A DNA stretch of 47,518 bases from Gemmatimonadota bacterium. GTDB lineage: Bacteria > Latescibacterota > UBA2968 > UBA8231. Location: the NCBI GenBank assembly GCA_038128265.1, contig JAYPJE010000001.1, forward strand, positions 1 through 47,518, read 5' to 3'. The notes under the pieces are model-generated. The model ran no database searches. It worked only from the letters and a program-made list of their open reading frames with translations, and had not been told where the DNA came from. Shown one piece after another: positions 1 through 8,839 of the stretch. How positions within the stretch are numbered: the stretch's first letter is position 1; every line of letters begins with the position of its first letter. The position numbers and the translations under genes were made by a program.

Positions 1-1236
1 CGCGGTCAGCCGTTGGGCGATATGAAGTACAACAACAAGTTTGTGCAAAACTGGGAAGTCGATCCGAGCCAGAGTATCGATAACCAGCCCGACTGGGCCT
101 GGACAAAAGGCTACACGATCGACCACGGTTTTGACGGAAACATTCTCGTGGGTATTGGTCCGTTCGACCTGGAAGTAGGCGAAACGATAAACCTAGTGCT
201 CGTAGAGTACGCTGGTTTTCGTCTCCAAGGCGCGCGCGCTGCCCGTCAGACGGCGCAGTGGGTGTATGAAAACGACTTCCAAGTCCCGTCGCCGCCGCCG
301 ACGCCGAATATGGTGGTTGCACCCAATACAAACGTCAAGATTGATATCAAGTGGGACAATCGGGCCGAGTCGGATCCGGACTTTGCCGGCTATAAAGTCT
401 ATCGTTCGGCGCTCTTTCCTCGCGTGGACTCACAGCAGGTGGGTATCCGCGTGGTAGATCGCTATCACGAGCAGACAAAGGAAAATCCGACCGACGCTGA
501 GCTGGCTGCATTGGGTAAGGCGAACAATCCCAATATCAGCTCTGCGGCCTACAAGCCACAGGAACCTGCGGCGTGGGGTCCCTATCGTCTAATCAAGCAT
601 GTTCCCGCTAGCGAGTTGGGGAACTATCTGAACGATGGTGCTGATAGCGGCACGTACAAGTACAAGTTTGAAGACGAGAGCGACTTAGTGACGTTCGGTT
701 TCACCTACTACTACTACGTGGCGGCATATAACAGCGATTCGGGCTCGATCAATGGCCAGGCATTTAACGGCCTTGAGACGCATCGTCACAACTTTAACGG
801 ACGCGACGGTTTGTGGAAGGGCACGTATCACTATGCGACGGCTTCGTCTTTCTTTCCCGCAGATCTGCAGGGCCAGAAAGACATTGGGGCCGCGTTTATT
901 CTCAAGTCGCCCCTCGTCGATTCGGCGGAATTGGCCAACGGAAACCTCTCCGTGCGCGTAGTCCCCAACCCTTATAAGAAAGGGGCTCTGCACGACACGG
1001 GTACCGAGCACAAGATGCTCTTTATCAACCTGCCCACCGGCACAAAGGTCACCATCTTTGACGTGTCGGGTCAGGTTATTGACGTCTTGCGCTTTAATGG
1101 CACCAATGCCTACGACGGTACGCTATTCTGGGATATGTTTTCCAAGGATGGTATCGAGGTTGCAAGTGGTCTATACATCTACGTGGCCGAGTACCCCGGT
1201 GGTTCACAGACCGGGCACTTCGCCATTCTGCGCTGA
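1..1236 (+). CDS. 3' part of a large secreted protein with an Fn3-like segment and a T9SS type A/FlgD-like C-terminal sorting domain (5'-truncated by window edge)
   Basis: Frame is open from base 1. Fn3-like 'IKWDNRAESDPDFAGYKVYRS...YYYYVAAYN'. C-terminus 'VRVVPNPY...FINLP...VTIFDVSGQVI...WDMFSKDGIEVASGLYIY...GHFAILR' is typical of FCB-group CTDs. Confidence 0.75.
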   Translation, partial: RGQPLGDMKYNNKFVQNWEVDPSQSIDNQPDWAWTKGYTIDHGFDGNILVGIGPFDLEVGETINLVLVEYAGFRLQGARAARQTAQWVYENDFQVPSPPPTPNMVVAPNTNVKIDIKWDNRAESDPDFAGYKVYRSALFPRVDSQQVGIRVVDRYHEQTKENPTDAELAALGKANNPNISSAAYKPQEPAAWGPYRLIKHVPASELGNYLNDGADSGTYKYKFEDESDLVTFGFTYYYYVAAYNSDSGSINGQAFNGLETHRHNFNGRDGLWKGTYHYATASSFFPADLQGQKDIGAAFILKSPLVDSAELANGNLSVRVVPNPYKKGALHDTGTEHKMLFINLPTGTKVTIFDVSGQVIDVLRFNGTNAYDGTLFWDMFSKDGIEVASGLYIYVAEYPGGSQTGHFAILR

Positions 1237-1264
1237 ATCGATCTAGGAAATGGAGGCTTAACAC

Positions 1265-2305
1265 ATGAAAGCTTTAAAGATCATAACAGTGCTGGGAATG
1301 GCCGTGCTCGTGGCGGCCGTCCAGCCTGCAGAGGCCGGCGTAGGAAAGTCCGGTCTCACCGGTGCCGCCTTTCTCAAAGTCGGCGTTGGTGCACGCGCTG
1401 TGGCCTTGGGTTCGGCCTATACCACCGTTACGGGCGATGTGAACCAGATGTTCTGGAACCCCGCCGGCACGGCGATGAGCGACGGCAAGGCGCAGGTCTT
1501 GCTCTCGCACAACTCATGGATCGCCGACCTGTCGCACGACGCGGTGGGCTATGCGCGCGATATGGGCGATATGGGCACGCTGGGTATCGGCGTGGTAACG
1601 CTTGGTTTGAGCGATATCTCCGCCGACCGCGATGCCGTGCCGCAGTTTGTGCTCGATGCCGGCACCTTCGACCCCAACGACACCGAGACGTCGGGTAGCT
1701 ATTCGTACCGCGACCTGGCCATCGGCGTCACGTGGAGTCGCCACATCACGGACCGACTCGACATGGGTGTTACGGGCAAGATTGTTCGCCAGGCCATTGA
1801 TGGCGTCAGTGCCACGGCGTACGCCGCTGATTTTGGCGCCATTTATCGCGTAAGAAGCGGCATGCGCATTGGTGCGCGCATCAATAACTTGGGCAGTGAC
1901 CTGAAGTTTTATGACATCGGTGCGCCGCTGCCGCTGATTTTTAGCATTGGCGCCGCTGCGGATCTGCTGCACAATCGCGATGATGGCATGCAGGTTACGC
2001 TGCTGGCCGACGCAACCAAGCCGCAGGACGGCGAGCAGCTGCTCTACACGGCCGTCGAGGTGCAGCTTTTCGATATGCTGCAGCTGCGCTCTGGCTACAA
2101 GTTCAACTACCAGAGCTCGGAAGACGAAAAGGTTGACGAGGTCGATGGAACGGCGTTTGATGCGCCGCGCACCGAAGAGGGTTTGACTGCCGGTATGGGT
2201 CTCGACGTGGGCATGGGCGGCTACGATGCTACGCTCGACTACGCCTTCACCTCGTTCGGCATTCTCGACAGCGTGCACCAGTTCTCGCTCAAGTTTCAAT
2301 TCTGA
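1265..2305 (+). CDS. PorV/PorQ (UPF0164) family outer-membrane beta-barrel protein
   Basis: Signal peptide; 'AAFLKVGVGARAVALGSAY...MFWNPAG' motif; C-terminal 'DYAF..FG.L...HQFSLKFQF' ending in an aromatic residue; SD GGAGG upstream. Confidence 0.85.
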   Translation: MKALKIITVLGMAVLVAAVQPAEAGVGKSGLTGAAFLKVGVGARAVALGSAYTTVTGDVNQMFWNPAGTAMSDGKAQVLLSHNSWIADLSHDAVGYARDMGDMGTLGIGVVTLGLSDISADRDAVPQFVLDAGTFDPNDTETSGSYSYRDLAIGVTWSRHITDRLDMGVTGKIVRQAIDGVSATAYAADFGAIYRVRSGMRIGARINNLGSDLKFYDIGAPLPLIFSIGAAADLLHNRDDGMQVTLLADATKPQDGEQLLYTAVEVQLFDMLQLRSGYKFNYQSSEDEKVDEVDGTAFDAPRTEEGLTAGMGLDVGMGGYDATLDYAFTSFGILDSVHQFSLKFQF

Positions 2306-2334
2306 GAGCAAGCGGCTGATGTCGATTTAACAGG

Positions 2335-2372
2335 GAGGCCCCCGGGACGTGCTCTCGGGGGCCTCTTTTGTT
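2335..2372 (+). terminator. Rho-independent terminator
   Basis: GAGGCCCCCGGGA-cgtgc-TCTCGGGGGCCTC stem-loop followed by TTTTGTT, 30 nt after the PorV-like stop. Confidence 0.85.
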
Positions 2373-2519
2373 GCCGTGGGGCGTATATCTTAGCCGTGCG
2401 GCATCGCTGTGGGCGGCGATAGCACGGCTATCCCCTTAAACTTTTTCAATCTTTATCCTCTGGACCGCTGCTGGGCAGGACGCTCGGAGCGGTTGCCATA
2501 GATCCAAACTCTATAAAGC

Positions 2520-5500
2520 GTGAAAATCGGGTTATACATAGTCCTGCTGGGTGCTGCCTGCAGTATCGTTCGAGCCGATGTCGGTCTCGAAGATCGGCTG
2601 AGCGACTCTGTGCACCAGCTTTCTAGCTATGCTTCGCGCCTGACCGGCTATCCGGGCTCCGATGCAGCGGCCCATTGGATTGAGGGCACGCTGCGCGAAA
2701 TGGGCGTCAAAGAAATTCATCGCCATGCGTTTCCGCTGCTGGTGCCGATGGACGAGGGGTTTTCGCTGGAGATCGAAGGGCAATCCCTGCCACTTTATGG
2801 CGTATGGCCCAATCTAATTCGCACATCTACCTTGCCCGAGGAGGGCATTGAGGGCGCGCTTCTTTACGGTGGCGATGGCCGTCTCCTCGAGGGCAAGCCG
2901 GTAGCCGATCGCATTGTGCTGCTCGAATACGATGCGCAAGATCTGTGGGTGGAGGCCTTCCAACTGGGTGCACAGGCGGTAGTTTTTCTGCCCGTCGACG
3001 GGGCGCATCGCGTGGAAGCCGGACAAAAATTCCTCGATGTTCCCGCCGATTTACCGCGTTTTTTCGCACCGCAGGCCACAGCGGATGTGCTGCGCGCGGG
3101 CGCCGCGCGTGCATCGCGAGTGCGCCTGAGCGGTCGCATGCCCATGCGCGAAGTGACGGGCCACAACCTCGTCGCTATCGTCGAGGGCAGCGATCCCAAG
3201 CTGCGCAGCGAAGCGGTCTATGTAACGGCGTATTACGACGCGATGTCGCCGGTGCCCGGGCTGGCGCCAGGCGCAGAGCAGGCCAGCAGCGCGGCTGCGC
3301 TGCTCGAACTGGCGCGCCAATGGACGCAGCGCCGGCCGCGCCGCACCGTCGTGCTCGTGTGGACGGCGGGGCACTTCCAGCATCTCGCCGGTATGCGCTA
3401 TCTGACGCCGGTGGTCATGGCGGCTGCGGGCCGTCGTCCGCTCGATGCGCTCAATGCCGATGAAGTCGCGCTGGCGGAGCGCTTGGGGGCATTCTCGCTG
3501 CGTTTTGCAGCCGGATTGGATCTGTCGTCTGGCAGCGCCATGATGGGTGCATTCCGTCCGAATGCACCCTACCGAACGTCCCTATTGGCCCCGCCCATTA
3601 CCGCGCGTCTGATGGATCGCGTAGCGGCTTATGAAGATTCGCTTGTAGCGGGACGGCGCATCTTTGCCAATGGACTCAAACAGGACTTTGCGCGCCAAGG
3701 CATAGGCTCTATGGCAGAGGTCGTGCCGATGGACGCCTCGGTGCTGGCGCTGGCCGGCTGTCCAACGGTCGCCTTTGCAACGATCAACGACAGCCGCGCT
3801 CGCTTTGACGCTGTCGATGACGTCGCCGAACGCGTGCAGACTGCGTGGCTGAGCGCGCAGGTCGCGCTCCTTAAATTTGTGCTGACGGAGCTGGTTGACG
3901 ACGGCGAGTTGGCCGCATGGGATTGGGGCAACGATGCGTTTGGAACCGTGCGCGGACAGGTGGTACACTACGGACCGCGCAGCTATTTGCCCGACGAGCC
4001 CACTGGCCACGCGCTGGTGCGCGTGCGCCTGCGCCATCCGACGCTGTCCGGCGTGCGGCCCGACCTATGGGCAGCGGCAGACGATTCGGGTTATTATCGC
4101 ATTCCCGGTATAGAGACGCGCATTATCTATACGCAGCCGGTGCGCTTGGAGGCCTATGCGCTGGACGAGCGCGGCGCCGTTGTCGAAGCGCCCGATTGGG
4201 GCATAAACGGCGAGCGCAAGCTGCCCGGCCGCGCTCTCAAGGTGTTGATGGACGACCACGAGGAAGAGGTGCAGATCGTCACGGCCAACCTGCGCGGCAC
4301 GACGCTCTTTGGTCTGTTCGATCCGCGCAACCTGCTGATGCCGGAGAACCTCGGAGCGATCGACGCGAGCCTCGAAGCGGAGCCCATGTCGTACGGGGCC
4401 TGCCTGCCGCTGACGGCACCGGAGATGGAGCTATTTGGCTATAGAAACTACGTCGGCTCACTGACGGAGTCGGTCGCGGTGCTCTTTACCCGGCCCGGCA
4501 CGCGCTTTAAAGTGGCCATGTCGACCGGTCGCTACGGACTGGGTCGTCGCCTATTGTTGCTCAATAGCAGCGACGAAGAGCCGCTGGGTGCGGGTTTTGC
4601 CGTGCAGGACGAAGGTCGGCTGCCCAATACGGTTTATCAGACGGCGCGCGATATGTTTTTGCTCAACGGCGCGCGCATCGACAACCTGCAGCGACACGGC
4701 GTGCGCAACGGACGACTGGCCGAGTTTCACGCGCGTGCTCAGGCCTACCTAGAGCAGGCCGATGCGGCGCGCGCGCGCTGGGCCCATCGCCTGTCGATCG
4801 ATGCGGCGCGGCGCGCCTGGGCCTATGCAGCGGCGGCCTACCGCGACGTTGAAAGCACGCAGGCCGGCGTGGTCCAAGGGGCGCTGTTCTTACTGGCCGT
4901 CCTGCTGCCCTTCGCCCATTTTGCCGAGCGTCTGGTATTTGGCTTTCCCGACGTGCGCCGGCAGGTTCTGGGCTATTTTGCGCTCTTCTTTATTGGCTTT
5001 CTCGCTCTGAGCCAGCTGCATCCGGCTTTTGAGCTGTCGATCTCTCCCTTTGTCATCCTGCTCGGCTTTGTCATTCTGGCGCTGGGGCTGCTGGTGACCG
5101 GCATCGGTATTTCCCGTCTCAATAGGGAACTGCAAGAGCTGGCGCGCGGCCGGCGCGGCCACGCTTCCATGCAGCGCGGCGGGGCAGTTATGGCTTCGAT
5201 ATCCGTGGGGCTGGCCCATATGCGGCGGCGACCGCTGCGCACGGGGATGACCTGCGCCACGTTGGTCTTGCTGACGTTTTCCGTGCTTTCGTTTACGTCG
5301 ATTCGCTCGGCGCTGCGCACCAATTGGATCGACGTGGGCAGCGGAGCGCACTACGACGGTGCGCTGCTGCGCACGCTGGGTTGGAAGGCGATGGAAATGG
5401 AAGCCTATCGCATGCTGGTAGACCGATTTGGTGTCGACAGCGTCGCGCCGCGCGCCTGGAAATCGGTTTCTTCGGCGGCGGCGACGTTTCGCGTTGAACG

Positions 5501-6911
5501 GGCCGATATCGAGGGGCGTGCGACCGGGGTCATGGGCTTTGCCGGCCTGAGTGAAGTCGAAGCGCGCCTCGTGCGTCCGCAGGAGGGCCTGGTCGCCGGT
5601 CGCTGGCTGCGCGCAGGGGAAGACGATGTGTGTCTGCTGCCGCTGGGCGTCGCCGATTCGCTGGGCATCGGCGTGGCCGATGTGGGGGGCGCGCGCGTGC
5701 GTCTGTTTGGCGAGGTGTTTCGCGTAGTGGGCATTTTGGACCACGCGGCGCTAGAGCGGGCCGATCTGAACGGCGAGGGGCTGACGCCGCTCGATCCGGA
5801 AGCGCAGCAGCCCACCGAAGCCGCCTCGACGCAGCAGGGAGGGATGCCTCAGCACTACGCCCATATGCCGGGCGCGTCGACGCTCGTCCTACCCTTTTCA
5901 GCCCTGATGCGCTGGCAGGGGGCCCACCTTGTATCGCTGGGCGTGCACATGCCGTCAGAGCATGCCCGCGCGGAGCTGGAGACGCTTTCCGAAGTCGTCG
6001 ATTTAAACCTATTCGCCGGTCTTGGGGGACGCCGCTATTTGATTAATACGGTGGGCGTGGCCTCTGTTTCGGGGCTGGGCCAGCTGGCCGTGCCGCTGGG
6101 CATTGCCGCGCTGATCGTGCTCAATACGATGCTCGGCGCCGTCTACGAGCGCACGCGCGAAATAGGCACGCTCAATGCCATCGGACTGGCGCCGGTGCAC
6201 GTGAGCGGACTCTTTATCGCCGAGGCGGTGGCGCTGGCCGTCATCGGAGCGGTGATGGGCTATTTACTGGGGCAGACGGCGGCGCAGGTGATGGGCAGCT
6301 TGGGCTGGCTGCAGGGGTTGGAGCTGAACTACTCTTCGCTGTCGGCGGTGGTCACCGTAGGGTTGGTCATTGCGCTCGTGGTTGCGTCGGCGCTCTATCC
6401 GGCGCATATGGCCGGCAAGATCTGCACGCCGGGTATCGAGCGGCGCTGGAAGCCGCCTGTGCCCGATGGCCACGATCTGCGCATGCGCCTGCCCTTCACG
6501 CTGGCCCGGGTCGAGGCCGAAGGCATGGCTGCGTTTCAAACCGAGTTTTGGGCGGCCCATCGCGAACAGTCTATTGGCGCGGGATTTTACGTCGAAGCCC
6601 TGCGCGTTGGCCGCCAAGAGGACGGTCTGCGCCTCGATGCGCGCGTCTGGCTCGCGCCGTTTGACCAAGGCGTGGTGCAGGATACGGCGCTGTTTATCCG
6701 CCCCGGCGAAAATCCACTTTACTGCGATATCGACGTGCACTTGCACCTAGTTACCGGCGATTGGGACACCTGGCAGCGCGTGGCGCGCACGTTTTTAGAC
6801 GATTTGCGCAAGCAGTTCCTCGTATGGCGCACGCTGTCCGACGCCGATCGCCGCGCCTACGCCAGCGCGCTTTCGCGCTGGGAACATGCAGACGACGAGG
6901 TGCAGGTATGA
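2520..6911 (+). CDS. Large membrane protein: N-terminal M28-peptidase-like (probably inactive) ectodomain fused to a MacB/FtsX-like ABC permease region
   Basis: Signal peptide; M28-like 'SRLTGYPGS..AA..I', 'NLVAIVEG', 'TAYYDAMS..PGAEQASSAAALLELAR', 'GLDLSSG'; TM block; FtsX signature 'NTMLGAVYERTREIGTLNAIGLAP.HV..LFIAEA'. Confidence 0.8.
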   Translation: MKIGLYIVLLGAACSIVRADVGLEDRLSDSVHQLSSYASRLTGYPGSDAAAHWIEGTLREMGVKEIHRHAFPLLVPMDEGFSLEIEGQSLPLYGVWPNLIRTSTLPEEGIEGALLYGGDGRLLEGKPVADRIVLLEYDAQDLWVEAFQLGAQAVVFLPVDGAHRVEAGQKFLDVPADLPRFFAPQATADVLRAGAARASRVRLSGRMPMREVTGHNLVAIVEGSDPKLRSEAVYVTAYYDAMSPVPGLAPGAEQASSAAALLELARQWTQRRPRRTVVLVWTAGHFQHLAGMRYLTPVVMAAAGRRPLDALNADEVALAERLGAFSLRFAAGLDLSSGSAMMGAFRPNAPYRTSLLAPPITARLMDRVAAYEDSLVAGRRIFANGLKQDFARQGIGSMAEVVPMDASVLALAGCPTVAFATINDSRARFDAVDDVAERVQTAWLSAQVALLKFVLTELVDDGELAAWDWGNDAFGTVRGQVVHYGPRSYLPDEPTGHALVRVRLRHPTLSGVRPDLWAAADDSGYYRIPGIETRIIYTQPVRLEAYALDERGAVVEAPDWGINGERKLPGRALKVLMDDHEEEVQIVTANLRGTTLFGLFDPRNLLMPENLGAIDASLEAEPMSYGACLPLTAPEMELFGYRNYVGSLTESVAVLFTRPGTRFKVAMSTGRYGLGRRLLLLNSSDEEPLGAGFAVQDEGRLPNTVYQTARDMFLLNGARIDNLQRHGVRNGRLAEFHARAQAYLEQADAARARWAHRLSIDAARRAWAYAAAAYRDVESTQAGVVQGALFLLAVLLPFAHFAERLVFGFPDVRRQVLGYFALFFIGFLALSQLHPAFELSISPFVILLGFVILALGLLVTGIGISRLNRELQELARGRRGHASMQRGGAVMASISVGLAHMRRRPLRTGMTCATLVLLTFSVLSFTSIRSALRTNWIDVGSGAHYDGALLRTLGWKAMEMEAYRMLVDRFGVDSVAPRAWKSVSSAAATFRVERADIEGRATGVMGFAGLSEVEARLVRPQEGLVAGRWLRAGEDDVCLLPLGVADSLGIGVADVGGARVRLFGEVFRVVGILDHAALERADLNGEGLTPLDPEAQQPTEAASTQQGGMPQHYAHMPGASTLVLPFSALMRWQGAHLVSLGVHMPSEHARAELETLSEVVDLNLFAGLGGRRYLINTVGVASVSGLGQLAVPLGIAALIVLNTMLGAVYERTREIGTLNAIGLAPVHVSGLFIAEAVALAVIGAVMGYLLGQTAAQVMGSLGWLQGLELNYSSLSAVVTVGLVIALVVASALYPAHMAGKICTPGIERRWKPPVPDGHDLRMRLPFTLARVEAEGMAAFQTEFWAAHREQSIGAGFYVEALRVGRQEDGLRLDARVWLAPFDQGVVQDTALFIRPGENPLYCDIDVHLHLVTGDWDTWQRVARTFLDDLRKQFLVWRTLSDADRRAYASALSRWEHADDEVQV

Positions 6912-8815
6912 TAGCGACGGTGCGGGCGCTGGTGCTCATCGCGTGTATCACGGCGCTCAGCGGTTGGCTGGCCCAGCGCATCGAACTGGTCTACGGCGGG
7001 CCGCATATAGCCGGTACGGGCAGTCCGCCTGGAGGGCAGGTTTTTCTCGCCGTGCCGCTGGGGGCGCTGGCGGCACTGGCTCTGCTGCGGCGCTGGCTGA
7101 GCGAAGGCGAGCGCGCCGTCATTTACGCCGGGCTCGCCGTGGGCGTGTCGGCTACCGCTTCTGGCCTCATGCACCGCTTTTTGCCCGGGTTGGTCACGGG
7201 CTTTTACGGCGGTTTTGCCAGCCCGACGGGTCCCTATTTTAAGTTTTTACAGGTCGTGCCCGACTGGGCGGTGCCCGGTGGCCCCAACGCGCCAGCGGCC
7301 ATTGGTGCCTTTGAAGGCGGAGCGTCGGTTCCATGGGAGGCTTGGGCGGTGCCGCTGGCGGCGTGGTCGCTGTTTTTTGCCGCGCTGTTTCTCACCTCTT
7401 TTTGCCTGGTGGCCATTTTTCGCGAGCGCTGGATGGAGACCGAGCGGCTGGGATTCCCGCTGCTGGAAATGCCGCTGGCCCTGCTGCGCGGCGGCCTGTT
7501 TACCAATCGCCTGTTCTACTGGGGGCTGCTCGTTTCCGTCCTCCTGCTCGGCACGAATGGGCTCAACCACTACTTTCCGGCTGTGCCGCAGATAACGCTC
7601 GGCCTCAACTTTGCCGATTTTCTGCTGGACGATCCCTGGAAGGCGATGGCACCCTTCGAGACGCCGTTTCGCTTTCAGTTTTCTCCGCTGCTCGTGGGCG
7701 TCGCCTTTTTGGCACCGGTTGAGGTCTCGTTCAGCACGTGGTTTTTCTTTTTGGTTTCGCGCGTCCAACTCCTGGTAACGGGGCTTGTCGGGCGCCTGGA
7801 ATATCGCGGCGAATTTATACCGGGACACGGATCGCCCTGGCTCGATTGGCCGTCGCACTTTCCATTTTTTATGCCGCAGGCGCGCGGCGGTCTGCTCTTT
7901 TTGGTGCTCTTTGGCCTGTGGACGGCGCGGCGCTCGCTGGCGGCCATGTTTGCCCCGGACCGCTGGCAGGTGTGGGGGTTTGTCGCGGGCTTCGCCCTGC
8001 TATGGGCATGGATCGCCTTGCTCGGCGTGCCCTTTGTTATGGCTGGTTTGACGCTCGTGCTGTTTTTTTTGCTCGCGCTGGGTTTTGCGCGTCTGCGCGT
8101 CGACGGCGGCCTGCCCGTCAACGGCGTGCCGCAGATCATGGGCTATGTCTTTTTTGTGGCGCTGGGCACGGGGCCAGGGGTTTTCGCCGACCAGACCTAT
8201 GTGGCCTTCGCCCTCTTGGCTGTATTGGGCTTTACCTGCGTGGGGATCTGGCCGGCGCTGCAGTTTGAAGGGCTCAAGCTGGCCGAAGCGACGCGCGTTG
8301 AGCCGAGTCGCATGGTCTTGGGTATGTGCGTTGGCCTGGCCGTCGGCTTAGCCGCTGGCTATGTCTTCTCGTTGGAAGCGATTTACCAGCACGGTCTCTT
8401 CGCTCTGCAGGAGCAGGGGGGCGCACGTTCGGAGGCACGCATAGGGCGCTATTACAACTATCTGTTTAAAGATGCCGGTGCCACGGCGGGGCCGACCGAC
8501 TGGATTCGCCTGGCTTTCCACGGCGTGGGCGCGGCGGTGACGGCTTTCTTAGCGGTGATGCGCCAGCATTTTCTGCGCTGGCCCTTTCATCCTATGGGAT
8601 ATGTTTTTGGCACGGGCTTTGGCTGGCTCGTGTGGGGGCCGGCGCTGGTGGGCTGGCTGTGCAAGTGGCTGTCGGTGCGCTACGGTGGCGCGCAAACCTA
8701 TCGCCGCCTGCTGCCCTTTTTTCTGGGGCTAATTTTTGGCGAGGTGTTGATGCGCCTCGTTTGGGCTGCCGTCGCGCTGTGGCAAGGGCAGATGGGAGCT
8801 GGATTCCGCTTTTAA
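6908..8815 (+). CDS. Polytopic membrane protein, DUF6785/DUF6784-like (distant OPT transporter relative)
   Basis: ATG at 6908 overlaps the upstream stop (ATGA), so the 6761 start in the ORF track is an artefact. Many TM segments; motifs 'W...ERL.FPL', 'WPFHPMGY', 'RYGG...YRRLLPFFLGLIFGE'. Confidence 0.7.
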   Translation: MIATVRALVLIACITALSGWLAQRIELVYGGPHIAGTGSPPGGQVFLAVPLGALAALALLRRWLSEGERAVIYAGLAVGVSATASGLMHRFLPGLVTGFYGGFASPTGPYFKFLQVVPDWAVPGGPNAPAAIGAFEGGASVPWEAWAVPLAAWSLFFAALFLTSFCLVAIFRERWMETERLGFPLLEMPLALLRGGLFTNRLFYWGLLVSVLLLGTNGLNHYFPAVPQITLGLNFADFLLDDPWKAMAPFETPFRFQFSPLLVGVAFLAPVEVSFSTWFFFLVSRVQLLVTGLVGRLEYRGEFIPGHGSPWLDWPSHFPFFMPQARGGLLFLVLFGLWTARRSLAAMFAPDRWQVWGFVAGFALLWAWIALLGVPFVMAGLTLVLFFLLALGFARLRVDGGLPVNGVPQIMGYVFFVALGTGPGVFADQTYVAFALLAVLGFTCVGIWPALQFEGLKLAEATRVEPSRMVLGMCVGLAVGLAAGYVFSLEAIYQHGLFALQEQGGARSEARIGRYYNYLFKDAGATAGPTDWIRLAFHGVGAAVTAFLAVMRQHFLRWPFHPMGYVFGTGFGWLVWGPALVGWLCKWLSVRYGGAQTYRRLLPFFLGLIFGEVLMRLVWAAVALWQGQMGAGFRF

Positions 8816-8839
8816 TCGCGTGTTTTTGCAGGAGGAGCA

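Noticed and set aside
1514..2311. 265-aa antisense ORF over the PorV-like gene
   Set aside because: Shadow ORF with no SD or motif support.
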